NCBI GenBank assembly: GCA_965228855.1
Contig: CBDDIJ010000002.1
Coordinates: forward strand, 2,368,001-2,432,000
Direction of reading: 5' to 3'
Length of the DNA stretch: 64,000 nucleotides
Source of the DNA: Candidatus Obscuribacterales bacterium
Lineage (GTDB): Bacteria; Cyanobacteriota; Vampirovibrionia; Obscuribacterales; Obscuribacteraceae
Positions 29,640 through 39,920 of this stretch are shown in pieces. How positions within the stretch are numbered: the first letter of the stretch is position 1; each line of letters opens with the position of its first letter. The notes below the pieces were generated by a model. That model was not told the DNA's origin. It saw only the letters and a list, made by a program, of their open reading frames with translations, and ran no database searches. A program made the position numbers and the translations under genes.

Positions 29640-30695
29640 ATGTCGAATTTCATTCAGCCGAAAACCGTTGGTTATTTTAGCCTTGTCGCAATAACTCTCT
29701 TCCTGGGGACGGCGCCCGCTGTCGCCCAGTCTGCTGATCCTATGACCGCCGGAAATGCTGCTTATCTCAAAGGCGACTACAAGCTGGCTCGAAAGTATTT
29801 TGCATATGTTTCTGTTAATCGTCCGTCATGGCTGGCCTTTTACCAACTCGCAAATTCGGATGTGAAACTTGGTGATCTCAATCGAGCGGAGCAAGAATAC
29901 AAAAGAAGCATGATGCTGTCGTCTGACAGCAAGGTAATTAAAACGTGTCAAGCTGCTGTCGAAAACATAGCGCATATTCGAAAGTATGGTGCGTCATCGC
30001 CGGCGGTGGCATCCGCGCCTGTCGCGCATCGCTCCGGCACAGTTGCGGCGAACTCTAATGGCGGAATCCCCGCAAACGCTGCTGAGATTGCTGCTGGTAA
30101 CGACATCGTTGCGAAAAAGGCATTGTTGAGAAAACTGCAAGCGGAGCACGAAAAGAATCAATTGGCACTGAAACTCGTTGTTCAAGCCTCGGATGACTTC
30201 ACTAAACGCCGCAAAGAAGCAATTGCTAAGCGTGAGGCGATTTTGAAAGAGGGGCTGGAAGATGCAGAACGCGCTCGTGAAGCTGGTCGTGCCGAGATTA
30301 GAGACAACAGCACTTATCTCTGTCGAAACCGACGAACGGGCGAACTGAGTATAAACATACCTACGGTCATAGAGGAAGACATCGAGGCTAAGTGGGAGGC
30401 TGAAGCGCAGCGCCGCATCAAGAATTCCGAACTTCGCGCAAGAGGTGTCCATATTCCGGACTACGACAATACAGCTCATCACATGCTCAACGGTTTGAAG
30501 GACGATGGTAGAGGGGGGACGCGGATGAGCGCCCAGGGCACGAATCTTCACGTCAGGAATTACGTTCACGAGCCTCGAAGAACTGCTGTTGCTTCTCAAA
30601 ATGCCGGCGCTCAGACCCAGATGCCCACGACAGAGAAGGTTGAGCCGAATAAACAAGTGGCTGGAACTCCGTCAGCATCTACTCCTGCGAAGTAG
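29640..30695 (+). CDS. Secreted protein with N-terminal TPR-like helices and coiled coil
   Basis: Signal peptide ending AVA; AGNAAYLKGDY..A and AFYQLAN....LG....A...Y. Confidence 0.78.
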   Translation: MSNFIQPKTVGYFSLVAITLFLGTAPAVAQSADPMTAGNAAYLKGDYKLARKYFAYVSVNRPSWLAFYQLANSDVKLGDLNRAEQEYKRSMMLSSDSKVIKTCQAAVENIAHIRKYGASSPAVASAPVAHRSGTVAANSNGGIPANAAEIAAGNDIVAKKALLRKLQAEHEKNQLALKLVVQASDDFTKRRKEAIAKREAILKEGLEDAERAREAGRAEIRDNSTYLCRNRRTGELSINIPTVIEEDIEAKWEAEAQRRIKNSELRARGVHIPDYDNTAHHMLNGLKDDGRGGTRMSAQGTNLHVRNYVHEPRRTAVASQNAGAQTQMPTTEKVEPNKQVAGTPSASTPAK

Positions 30696-30810
30696 ACCGC
30701 TGCAGGTCAGTCCGCTTCTACTCCATCTCGACTGCATCTCCTCCTCAATGGAAACGCGCCCCTTGTTGGAGGCGCGATTCTGCTTTAGGAGAGTGGAAAA
30801 AACCTTTTTG

Positions 30811-31884
30811 TCAGTTATACCAGCCACGTTGCTCTGCCGCACGACGCATGAACTCCCGCATGACTGCTTGCCTGTTCATTCCGTGTCTGAAGCGCGGACC
30901 ATGATGCATGTAACTTCTGTTGCCATTCATCCATGGTGGCGCATATGGTGCCGGTTGGTTTTGAAGATCGCTGTTGTCGAATGGCACAATTCCGTCGTCG
31001 TCAGCGAACTCCCGTCTCATCATGCTGCTCCGAGTTGATGATGCAACAGTGTTCTGGGCTCCCATCGAATATAGGCGTGCCAGGGTGTTTACGTCCCTCG
31101 CCTTAAGACGTGCCACCTGGTGCTCGTTCACGGTGGGATACATGATATCGGTTGGAACATCGGAGTGACCTTGCAGGCCGAGCGCATGTCCGACTTCGTG
31201 GAGACAGGTTTTGCGCATAGCGTCCTCGTTGAAAGGGCGTCCCATCAGTTCTGTGAGAATGCTGATTTGTGCATTCATAATTTTTCCATCGCCCGTTAAC
31301 TTGTTCTGTTGAACAAGCGTTTTTGTTTGTCCTGCTTCTACTGCTCCCGGACGAATGTTCGGACTGCTAGTCCAGGAAACCATCACATCGGATTTGTTCG
31401 GATTTTGAACTTCGCGCCAGCTCATACTTCCGCTTGAAGAATCGCACCACGCATTGAACGCGTCGATCATCATCTGCCGATATCCTGGTTGGTAGCCAGA
31501 GACGCCGTATCCATCAGCGATATATACATCAATCGGCAGCTTGTCCGGTGACCAGCGAAAGTTTCCCTCGGTGTTTACTGCATCTAGATAGTCGGGCTCG
31601 TCGGCTGTTGATGGTCTATTGGTCGGCGTCATTCCCGGAGGTACAAAACCTCCGGGATAGCCCTGTGGCGTTGAATACGCCTGACGACGTTCACTGAAAA
31701 CTGCCGGTATCTTATTCTGTCCTGGGCGAGCGACTTGCTCAGATTCTTTCTGTTGAACCTGCGTCGCTGTTTGATGAAGCGGAGCAGGCGTTTGAAAGAG
31801 ATAGACGCCGGCGATCGCCCAGACGATTGCCACGATGGTGAATGGCGCTGTCAGTGCCAGCGACCAGAATTTTCTGTTTTCCAT
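30811..31884 (-). CDS. Matrixin-family (metzincin) zinc metalloprotease, membrane-anchored
   Basis: HEVGHALGLQGHS, Met-turn DIMYP, N-terminal TM. Confidence 0.88.
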   Translation of the reverse strand: MENRKFWSLALTAPFTIVAIVWAIAGVYLFQTPAPLHQTATQVQQKESEQVARPGQNKIPAVFSERRQAYSTPQGYPGGFVPPGMTPTNRPSTADEPDYLDAVNTEGNFRWSPDKLPIDVYIADGYGVSGYQPGYRQMMIDAFNAWCDSSSGSMSWREVQNPNKSDVMVSWTSSPNIRPGAVEAGQTKTLVQQNKLTGDGKIMNAQISILTELMGRPFNEDAMRKTCLHEVGHALGLQGHSDVPTDIMYPTVNEHQVARLKARDVNTLARLYSMGAQNTVASSTRSSMMRREFADDDGIVPFDNSDLQNQPAPYAPPWMNGNRSYMHHGPRFRHGMNRQAVMREFMRRAAEQRGWYN

Positions 31885-32148
31885 TTTACACCCGAGAGAA
31901 TTGCGCCCACGTGGCCACACGTGGGAAAGCCCGCCCCGAGCCGCTCGTGCTCTGGGCATCTGATTAAGAACATTTGACTATGTGCGAATCTTTTTGTTCC
32001 GCGAACATCGAGAATCTCGACGCAGATTTCGCTCACGTAATTTTCAGTATACTCAAGGAGTCTCAAATCGGCGCGTGGCGTTTTGAAACTTCGTCATCGA
32101 CTACGCTTCGCATTTCCCGAGACTGTCATTGACCACTTCGTTTATGTG

Positions 32149-32757
32149 TTAACCCGATGGAGTTGGAACCAGTTCGCTATGAATCCCATTCAGGAACACG
32201 GAGGTGGCAACGTCTGCAAACTGACTTTCGGAGATTGGACCTGTCGGTTTGAACCAGGTGTAAGTCCAGTTTATTGCGCCCATCAGATACATTGATAGTG
32301 AGGTCACCATACTATCGTTCAAGTCAGGACGAAGCTTGGTGAGAATATCTTTGATGGTTCGTAAAACCGACTTCTCAAGCCCTTTTATCGTTGCCTGTTG
32401 TTCTGCAGCAAGGCAGTGCAAATTATTCAGCAACACGATGTGGCGTTCTCTCGAACTCATGTATAGCTTCATCAAAGCCCTTACCAACTGCTGGAGTTGC
32501 GCCTCTGGTTCATCCGTTTGCTGCAGTGCCGTGTTCGCCGTATTAACCAGGATCTGGCAATGCGAATGCAGCATATCATAGAGCAGCGCATCTTTCGACG
32601 AGTAATAATGATACAGCAGCGCCTTCGAAACACCGCATCGTGCCGCGATGTCGGCGATCGATGTGCCGTCGTATCCGCGATCTGCGAACATGGTAGCTGC
32701 GGTGTCCAAAATTTCCTGGCGCCGCTGTTCATAATTGTCAGCGCGTGGTCTAGCCAT
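32149..32757 (-). CDS. TetR/AcrR family transcriptional regulator
   Basis: MARPR..ILDTA..MFADRGYDGTSIADIAARCGVSKALLYHYY; C-terminal INWTYTWFKP.G. Confidence 0.95.
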   Translation of the reverse strand: MARPRADNYEQRRQEILDTAATMFADRGYDGTSIADIAARCGVSKALLYHYYSSKDALLYDMLHSHCQILVNTANTALQQTDEPEAQLQQLVRALMKLYMSSRERHIVLLNNLHCLAAEQQATIKGLEKSVLRTIKDILTKLRPDLNDSMVTSLSMYLMGAINWTYTWFKPTGPISESQFADVATSVFLNGIHSELVPTPSG

Positions 32758-32804
32758 AATATGCGCCCCTTGATTGCATGTTTAAAACTGCGATTGGTTT
32801 CCGG

Positions 32805-33887
32805 TTAAAAAATTGGAACGATTTTGTCAGCGTCAAAAGCAACGTCTTCACCGTCAACGTCAATTTCCGGCAGCGCCGGGAATTTGACACCGTGCGGCTC
32901 TACGATAGTTTTCAGTCTGACGACTGCAGTTCTCCAGTTAGCTCTGCGCTCTTCGAGCGTGAGAATTCCAAATCCGGCCGTGCGAGCAACTTCTTCAAGC
33001 ATGCGCTGCGCGGGCAAGAAGGTAGGCGGCAGATGCCAGAATTCTGCCGGCGGTTCGTAAAGAATTCCGGATAAGAAAATAAATCCGGCTCGGAACTGTT
33101 TCGTCACCGTCATCTTCTCTTCTTCGCTCATCTTCGGAAGCACTTCTTTCAGAAGCGCCAGGCAGAAGCTGAGGTGGCGTCCTTCGTCTCGACCTATGTT
33201 GCGGAATGCTTCTTTGAAGACAGGGATGGTGGTGTTTTGATACATGCTGTGGAAAAGCGTGGATGATGCAACTTCGCCGAAGAGGAAGGAGCTGAACAGT
33301 ATGCCCATCGGATACATCTCGACGGCGCGTTTGTAGCCGTTCCAATAACGTGCGCCGTTGTGATACAACCATTGGATGTTGTTTCTTGCAAGCTTGCCGA
33401 GTTCAGTTTCCGGCTCGTAGCCTAGCGGTCCGTTGGGTGTTAACAACGTGATAGCCTTCCCACAAACTTCTTCGTGATTCATCTCGTCGCGCGTGACTGA
33501 GAAGAAGCACTTGCGGATTGCGTCTTCCTCGTGTGTTTCGTAAGCGTGGATCATTGCCCTTGCAAATACCGCGGGGCCTGACGCATCGAAAACCGAGAGC
33601 AGTGCAAACCAATAGGCGATTGCGTAGCGTTGATCGAGAGTCATGCTCTCAACGTCCAATTCATGCCATGGCAGTTGAGCAGGCGACCAGCCTGGATCTC
33701 GAGAGTCGTTGTAAATCTCCATCAAGCGAGGAGTCTCAACGCGCCAATCGAATGGAAACAGATTCAGCCTGTCGGTTATCTTCGGTGCCTCTTCTGCGTT
33801 GAGCAGAAGTTGTTCAGGGCTCACCATCGCATCGAACTCGACCGGTGGTTTGACTAACTTGCTATCCTGCGCGTTTTTCGTCGCCAT
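32805..33887 (-). CDS. Ferritin-like diiron-carboxylate protein
   Basis: Paired motifs FD..RDEMNH and GE..RDEGRH; alternative TTG start at 33950. Confidence 0.8.
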   Translation of the reverse strand: MATKNAQDSKLVKPPVEFDAMVSPEQLLLNAEEAPKITDRLNLFPFDWRVETPRLMEIYNDSRDPGWSPAQLPWHELDVESMTLDQRYAIAYWFALLSVFDASGPAVFARAMIHAYETHEEDAIRKCFFSVTRDEMNHEEVCGKAITLLTPNGPLGYEPETELGKLARNNIQWLYHNGARYWNGYKRAVEMYPMGILFSSFLFGEVASSTLFHSMYQNTTIPVFKEAFRNIGRDEGRHLSFCLALLKEVLPKMSEEEKMTVTKQFRAGFIFLSGILYEPPAEFWHLPPTFLPAQRMLEEVARTAGFGILTLEERRANWRTAVVRLKTIVEPHGVKFPALPEIDVDGEDVAFDADKIVPIF

Positions 33888-33962
33888 GTTTTGCTCTCTC
33901 TGAAGAGGGGATGAACTGTTGCGGTTCAATTGACTGGTTTGGTCTGTCAATCTTAATTAACC

Positions 33963-33987
33963 AACCGACCGGTCGATTAATATTATA
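33963..33987 (-). promoter_or_regulatory. TATAAT -10 box followed by palindromic operator
   Basis: Minus-strand TATAAT at 33987-33982; perfect palindrome CGACCGGTCG at 33966-33975 with AA/TT flanks. Confidence 0.6.
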
Positions 33988-34290
33988 GCGCATTTTAGTC
34001 GAAAATCTAGTCCCTAACTCTAATCGGCGACCTCTAATGGTTGCTTCTACTATTTATAGAAAGCTAACTGAGCCTCTTCAGGCACTTTGCGAAAGCCCGC
34101 ATGCTCGAAACTCTGACCCGTGCGCACGCACTTATGTTCAAAACTCTGACAGGAAGTCTTTCAGAGTCTATAAATGATAGAAGTAACCATAAGAGGTTCA
34201 TTTGAGAGTGGGCAATGGCGTCTGCTGGACCTGCAACCCTGAAAAATTGCCAGTGGCAAGAAAGCTTCAAAGATGCGCTAAATCCTAAAT

Positions 34291-34806
34291 ATGAACCAAG
34301 AATTTCAAGAGATTCATATACGCAATCTGCACAAGGTCAACGATTGGCTGTACCGCGGCGGTCAGCCTGACGAGGTAGGTCTGCGCGAACTGTACAACCA
34401 TGGCATTCGGGCGGTCATCAGTTTCCGCTGGCGCGATTCGGTCAATCAGTGGGAGCGCGCAGCCTGCGAAAAAATTGGTCTGAAATTCTACTCGATTCCG
34501 TTGAACTACATGAAGGTGCCGAGAGCACATCATATTGAAACGTTCTTTCAAATTTTGGACGACTTAGGAAATAGATCAGTCTTCGTTCATTGCTTCCACG
34601 GATCAGATCGAACTGGCTTGATGTGCGGGATTTATCGTATTACAAGAGATGGATGGACTGTCAAAGACGCATATAGAGAAATGAAAGCCTGCGGGTTTCA
34701 TCGCTTCAGAATTCGACCATTTAAGTGGTGTCTCTGGCAGTACTACGCCTCTCATCTTAAATCGCAAGCGGCAGCCGATAGAGCGTTGAAACAAGCTCAG
34801 GGTTAA
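34291..34806 (+). CDS. Cys-based (dual-specificity/tyrosine) phosphatase
   Basis: LYRGGQP; P-loop HCFHGSDRTG. Confidence 0.9.
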   Translation: MNQEFQEIHIRNLHKVNDWLYRGGQPDEVGLRELYNHGIRAVISFRWRDSVNQWERAACEKIGLKFYSIPLNYMKVPRAHHIETFFQILDDLGNRSVFVHCFHGSDRTGLMCGIYRITRDGWTVKDAYREMKACGFHRFRIRPFKWCLWQYYASHLKSQAAADRALKQAQG

Positions 34807-34918
34807 ACAGACTTTTCTGCGCCGTCTCCGGCTTGGTTGGAGCGATGAATGTGATTAGACGCGACTCGCATTTTTAGCACATGCTCATGTACTGTTTGAA
34901 GTCGCGAAGCCTGTAGGC

Positions 34919-35899
34919 TCAGGTCGCCGTAGCTCGGGGAACGTAGATATCCACTGCAGCAGGCAGTACTGATACCGTCACTGGTGTCGTTCCAAATTCG
35001 TCACCGTCGAGCATTGTGGTCGGTTGCTTATCGTCTTCATCGACGGGAGCGGCGGCTTCCTGCGGCACCGGAAGTGCGCTTGCGATCAGCTGAGGCGTGC
35101 TCAATTCGTGTAATGCTTCGATTGTCACCGTGCTGACATCGAACATCTTGTACGGGACGTTATCGGTTTCCGCGCTCCCGAGAAACCAGGCGCCGAAGCG
35201 CATGGCAATGCCAACGTATTCGTCGAGGTTTTGAGGGTCGAGAATGATCAGGTTCAACTTTCCATCTTGCAAGCTGCTGGCGTCGGCACGTTGACCGATT
35301 CCGAGCTCTTGCGGATTTGTGACAAAGATAGCTGAGGCATTGCACTCGACAGTTGTTCCGTCGGCGACGATGCGAAATTTGTAAGGGCGCTCGAACATCG
35401 CTTTCATCAATGGTCTGACGTAACTGAACATGCCGTGCGCTCCCTTCTCCGACTTGCCGGGTGTGGTGACAGCCATCGCAATCGGTCCGACTGCGACGTC
35501 TAGCGCAAATGGAACGCCGTTTGCTTCTCCCAAGTCAATTGGAAGAAGACGACCGTTTTTGATAGTATCCAGTGCCAGTTCGAGCATCTCCTCTTTGTTT
35601 TCCGTTTTCAATCCTAAACAGTCGGCAAACAAATTTCCGGTTCCAGCTGGAATGATGCCGATTGGTATTCGCTTTGGGGCGCGGGCCAGTTTTGCAAGAA
35701 CCCGACCGACGGTGCCGTCTCCGCCCATCGCAATCGCCCGGTCAGCTGCCATAAGCTGCTCTTCGGTCACTTTGTCTGCTTCAACGATGACGGACTCATC
35801 GCCGGTCATCTCGTGTAAATACTCTGAAATTGAACCCATTTGTTCTGTGCAGGACTCGAAAGAACCCGCTTCCTGATTGCAGAACACCAGCGTCGTCAT
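34919..35899 (-). CDS. Diacylglycerol/lipid kinase family protein
   Basis: NQEAG, GGDGT, IPAGTGN, LDGDE. Confidence 0.9.
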   Translation of the reverse strand: MTTLVFCNQEAGSFESCTEQMGSISEYLHEMTGDESVIVEADKVTEEQLMAADRAIAMGGDGTVGRVLAKLARAPKRIPIGIIPAGTGNLFADCLGLKTENKEEMLELALDTIKNGRLLPIDLGEANGVPFALDVAVGPIAMAVTTPGKSEKGAHGMFSYVRPLMKAMFERPYKFRIVADGTTVECNASAIFVTNPQELGIGQRADASSLQDGKLNLIILDPQNLDEYVGIAMRFGAWFLGSAETDNVPYKMFDVSTVTIEALHELSTPQLIASALPVPQEAAAPVDEDDKQPTTMLDGDEFGTTPVTVSVLPAAVDIYVPRATAT

Positions 35900-36196
35900 T
35901 ATTTCCGCCCTCAATATTTGGTTTGTTAAAACCAGCTATTACCTCGTGGTAATAGAGACTATCTCGTTTTTAGCCTATTTTGAAAGGAATGATGCCGGAG
36001 CGCTTTGTAGCTGAACGTCCACACTAATTTTGTTTCTCTGTGTAACCGCATGTGGTGCTCCGGTACGTTTCTCGTGCGGTTGTGGCTGTTTAAACCTGAA
36101 TCGGAATGAGGCAAGGAAACAGCCATCCTCACTGCGGCACGCTCAGGAATATGGTGCTAGGCTTGAGGCATAGAGTGAAAACGGAGGCGCAACCGG

Positions 36197-36772
36197 TTGA
36201 AAATCAGGAAGGTTTTTTCGGCTCTATTGCTCATTTTGACCTGCACGGCGACTTTCAACTTCGTCGCAAGTGTCGGATTCGCGAAGGATGAAAATGCGGT
36301 GACTCAGAAAAAAGCGGTTGATGCCAAAGTCCATAATACTAAAGCCAGGACTGGGGCTAAAGTTGATTCCGACGCGAAAAACCGTTCCGACAACTACTGG
36401 AAGAAAAAGCTCGACCCCAAAGTTTATGAGGTCACGAGGTGCAGCGCCACTGAAGCGCCATTTACAGGGAAGTATTGGGATAACCATAAGCCAGGCGAGT
36501 ATAAGTGCAGCAATTGTGGCGAGCTTTTATTCGACTCCAAAGATAAGTTCGACTCAGGCTCCGGCTGGCCGAGTTTTTCGAAACCGACTGGTGCCTCCGT
36601 CGACAAAAAGGTCGATAAGTCGCATGGTATGGTACGCGACGAAGTTATTTGCAAAAACTGCGGGGCGCATCTGGGTCATGTGTTCAATGACGGTCCGACT
36701 GCCACAGGAATGAGATACTGCATCAACTCAGCTTCTCTGGACTTCGACGAAGATAAATCCCGAAAGAAATAG
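36197..36772 (+). CDS. msrB: Peptide-methionine (R)-S-oxide reductase with signal peptide
   Basis: GGAGG RBS; TEAPFTG, CSNC, SGSGWPSF, CKNC, HLGHVF, RYCINS. Confidence 0.93.
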   Translation: MKIRKVFSALLLILTCTATFNFVASVGFAKDENAVTQKKAVDAKVHNTKARTGAKVDSDAKNRSDNYWKKKLDPKVYEVTRCSATEAPFTGKYWDNHKPGEYKCSNCGELLFDSKDKFDSGSGWPSFSKPTGASVDKKVDKSHGMVRDEVICKNCGAHLGHVFNDGPTATGMRYCINSASLDFDEDKSRKK

Positions 36773-37334
36773 ACGTCTGCGTCTTCCGGTTCTAATTCTA
36801 TAGCCGAGAAAGTCTGCAAAATTAGAGCCGCCCGGGCTCCTGGATTCCCGAGCGGCTCTATCCTTCGGACAGACTTTCCGAGCACAGCGCCTGAATGGTC
36901 AAGTGAAATCATCTTGAATGCGCGATGCCAGCCATACTCGGCAGCCAGTGTCCAATGCTGTAAGAGGATAGGGTCTCGCGCCTGCGATTGATTTTTCGCC
37001 CTGGTCGCTCGGTGTGTACCTTTCAACGTCGTACCGGCGACCCTATCCTTTAAAACCCGTCCTCCTCACTAGTGATTTGTCCCGCTGGGCTTCGTTCCCC
37101 TCGGTAAATTCATCATCGTTCGGACAGGCGTAAAGGAAACATCAAAATTTCCCTGAAGTTCGTAAAGTCCGTGCAAGACCGTCGCTCGGACGTTTCCGGA
37201 TGCGAACTGTTCCTTCGGGTGATTACGTAAATCAGAGAAATGCTCTATGCTGGGTAAGCGTGTGCATCGCTGAAAGATGGATTAGCCCTCCATCCCGGGT
37301 TTACGCCCGGTTCTTTCGGTGACAGACAGGTATC

Positions 37335-38855
37335 ATGAGCAGAATCCTACGACCGGAAGACATCAGCGAAGATGATCTCGTAGTGCCCGAAAGGGCGCTT
37401 TATCGCGTATTGCTGGTGCGAGGGCGTGACGAGAATGCTATCGTCCTCAATCACCTCGAGACGACCGCCTGTCGCGAGTTCGACTTCAGCACTGCCGAAA
37501 GTGTTGAGGACGCCCTTGCCGTTTTAGCAGATCAGACTTTCGACCTGCTGGTCCTTGGGTTGAATGCCCCGGCCGGGCAAGAATTTGACGCGTTTGACTG
37601 CATTAAAAAAGTGTCTTCCGATTTGCCGGTCGTCATCCTTTCTAATACAAAGGATAGAGACGTCGCGATTGCTGCGGTCAAACGCGGTGCCCACGACTTT
37701 TTGATGACCAATTCTTCATATCCTATCGAGTTGGTCAAACTGCGTTTGCTTTATTCTATTGAACGCAGTCGCACAGAACGCGCTGCTCGGTCACTTGCTA
37801 AAACCGAAAAATTTGCGCTGCGAAGCGTGGTCGAAAATTCGCCGCTGATGTTTCTCCGCCTCGATCGAAATTACGTGATTCGTGATTGCAATAGAAACTT
37901 TGCCGATGAGCTTCAGCGACCGCGATCGCAAATTCGACGCCGGTCCATTTTTGATTTTCTTCCCGAATTTTCCGAAAGAGAAATTGATACTTTGTCTGCC
38001 GGTGGACAACTTCCTCGTAAAAATTTCACCCTTAAAGATCAGGAAACGGGCCAACAGAGAGAGGTCTATTGGAATTGTTTTGGCTGGCCTTTTTATAAAA
38101 CCAATCGCGACGAACGCGAACACATCATTGTTTCAATCGACGTCACACGCGAAGTGCAATTGGATCAGTTTAGAGAAGAGTTTCTCGCCGCAGTCGCTCA
38201 CGATATTAAGAACCCCGTGGTCGGTCAGGAACGTATACTTTCTGCTCTGTTCAAGGCCCATCCGAATCTGCCGCCTGATGTCACCGCGTCTCTGGCCACA
38301 ATGCGAAACAGCAGTCTGCAATTGCTGAATTTGTTGAATACTCTGGTTGAAATCTATCGATTGGATTCCGGTGAATTCCCTTCTCTGAGCGGTGGTGCTT
38401 CGCTTAATGAAGCAATCGAATCACAGTTTGAAGAACTACAATGCATCGCTATCGCTTCAGACCGAAATGTTACTTTGCAGTTGGAAGAAGATCTTCCCCT
38501 TGCGTCGATTGATCCCACGGCGGCTTATCGACTCGTAGCAAATCTGGTTCACAACGCGCTTCAACACGCGGCGAGAAAGACGGACATCATCGTTCGAACT
38601 CATTCCGACAGCGACTTTGTCACTATCGAAGTCAATAATCAAGGACCGCCTATCAAGCCCGCGACCATGGCAAAACTCTTCCAACGATTTACGCGTGCAT
38701 CTAACGGTGCGGTGAGGGCTAACTCGTCAGGTTTGGGATTGTATCTCTGCAAGCAGACCGTCGAGAAATGCGGCGGTTCGATCATGTGTGTTTCCGAAGA
38801 TGGAACAGGTACAACATTCGTCGCCACATTGCCGCGAGCGCTTTCGCTTTTATAA
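37335..38855 (+). CDS. Cytoplasmic hybrid histidine kinase (pseudo-receiver, PAS, HisKA, HATPase)
   Basis: AHDIKNP H-box, NLVHNALQH, GLGL; receiver-like N-terminus lacking the acidic residues. Confidence 0.88.
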   Translation: MSRILRPEDISEDDLVVPERALYRVLLVRGRDENAIVLNHLETTACREFDFSTAESVEDALAVLADQTFDLLVLGLNAPAGQEFDAFDCIKKVSSDLPVVILSNTKDRDVAIAAVKRGAHDFLMTNSSYPIELVKLRLLYSIERSRTERAARSLAKTEKFALRSVVENSPLMFLRLDRNYVIRDCNRNFADELQRPRSQIRRRSIFDFLPEFSEREIDTLSAGGQLPRKNFTLKDQETGQQREVYWNCFGWPFYKTNRDEREHIIVSIDVTREVQLDQFREEFLAAVAHDIKNPVVGQERILSALFKAHPNLPPDVTASLATMRNSSLQLLNLLNTLVEIYRLDSGEFPSLSGGASLNEAIESQFEELQCIAIASDRNVTLQLEEDLPLASIDPTAAYRLVANLVHNALQHAARKTDIIVRTHSDSDFVTIEVNNQGPPIKPATMAKLFQRFTRASNGAVRANSSGLGLYLCKQTVEKCGGSIMCVSEDGTGTTFVATLPRALSLL

Positions 38856-38885
38856 TTGCCGAGAAACTTCGGCAGATAGTCAGAT

Positions 38886-39920
38886 CTAAGGTTCCGAAAC
38901 CTTGATCAACAATTTGCCGACGTTTCCGCCGTCGAAAAGTTTGTTCAATGCAGTCGGTGCATTTTCCAGACCATCCACGATTGTTTCTCTATGCTTGATT
39001 TTTCCTTGCGCGATCCAACCTGCTAATTTCGTAATCGCTTCTACATTTTTTTCAGCAAAGTCCATTACGATAAAACCTTGAATGCGAATTCGTTTCATCA
39101 ACGCCTTCGCAAGCGGCAACCGCGTTTTGGAGTCGTCTGTATCGTTGTAGCCGGAAATCAAACCGCACAAAACCATTCTGCTGAACAGATTCATTCGATC
39201 GTAAACCGCCTCCATTATTTCGCCTCCGACATTTTCGAAGTTGATGTCTACGCCATTCGGTGTGGCTGCCTCCAGCTGCTTTTTCCAGTTGGAACTTTTG
39301 TAGTCGATAGCTGAGTCGAAACCAAGTTCCTTCGTCAGCCAGTTACATTTCTCTTCACCGCCGGCGATACCAACTACGCGCAAACCGTGAATTTTGCCAA
39401 GTTGACCGACAATGCTTCCGACCGCTCCAGCTGCGGCGGAAACGACTAGTGTTTCACCCTCTTTAGGACTGCCCAGTTCGAGCAGACCAAAATATGCGGT
39501 GAGACCAGTCATGCCGGCTGCACCGCCAAAAACCTGCAGGGGAACTCCCGCTACATCAGGAAGTTTCGCCAGAGCCTTACTTTCAACCTCATTTGCATGA
39601 TAGTAATCTTGCCAGCCCAACAAACCGCTGACGTAATCGCCTTCCTTGAAATTGGGATTGTTTGATTTCTCGACTTTGCCGATGCCCAATCCACGCATCA
39701 CCTCTCCGAGCTGTACTGGTGGCATGTACTGCTCCACATCGCTCATCCAGATTCTGTTGGTTGGGTCCAGAGAGAGGTAGACAACTCTGACGAGAACCTC
39801 GTTCGCGCCCAACTCCGGAACGTCTTCCTCGCGGAAATCGAAGTTATCCGGCGAGACGCGTTCGACAGGACGTGTTTTCAACCGAAATTGGCGGTTCTTG
39901 GTTTTAGTCGTGCTTGTCAT
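38886..39920 (-). CDS. NADP-dependent oxidoreductase (CurA/prostaglandin-reductase-like MDR)
   Basis: YLSLDP, GMTGLTAYFGL, VSAAAGAVG, FENVGG. Confidence 0.93.
   Translation of the reverse strand: MTSTTKTKNRQFRLKTRPVERVSPDNFDFREEDVPELGANEVLVRVVYLSLDPTNRIWMSDVEQYMPPVQLGEVMRGLGIGKVEKSNNPNFKEGDYVSGLLGWQDYYHANEVESKALAKLPDVAGVPLQVFGGAAGMTGLTAYFGLLELGSPKEGETLVVSAAAGAVGSIVGQLGKIHGLRVVGIAGGEEKCNWLTKELGFDSAIDYKSSNWKKQLEAATPNGVDINFENVGGEIMEAVYDRMNLFSRMVLCGLISGYNDTDDSKTRLPLAKALMKRIRIQGFIVMDFAEKNVEAITKLAGWIAQGKIKHRETIVDGLENAPTALNKLFDGGNVGKLLIKVSEP

Noticed and set aside
32805..33887. Ribonucleotide reductase beta subunit
   Set aside because: No alpha subunit nearby, no radical Tyr after the first ExxH, and TetR linkage fits a catabolic or detox enzyme better
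34021..34290. AT-richer spacer with a 68-aa ORF, possible gene remnant
   Set aside because: No recognisable motif in the frames I read
36773..37334. Long intergenic region as ncRNA or riboswitch
   Set aside because: Only short scattered hairpins; no family signature recognised; needs an Rfam search
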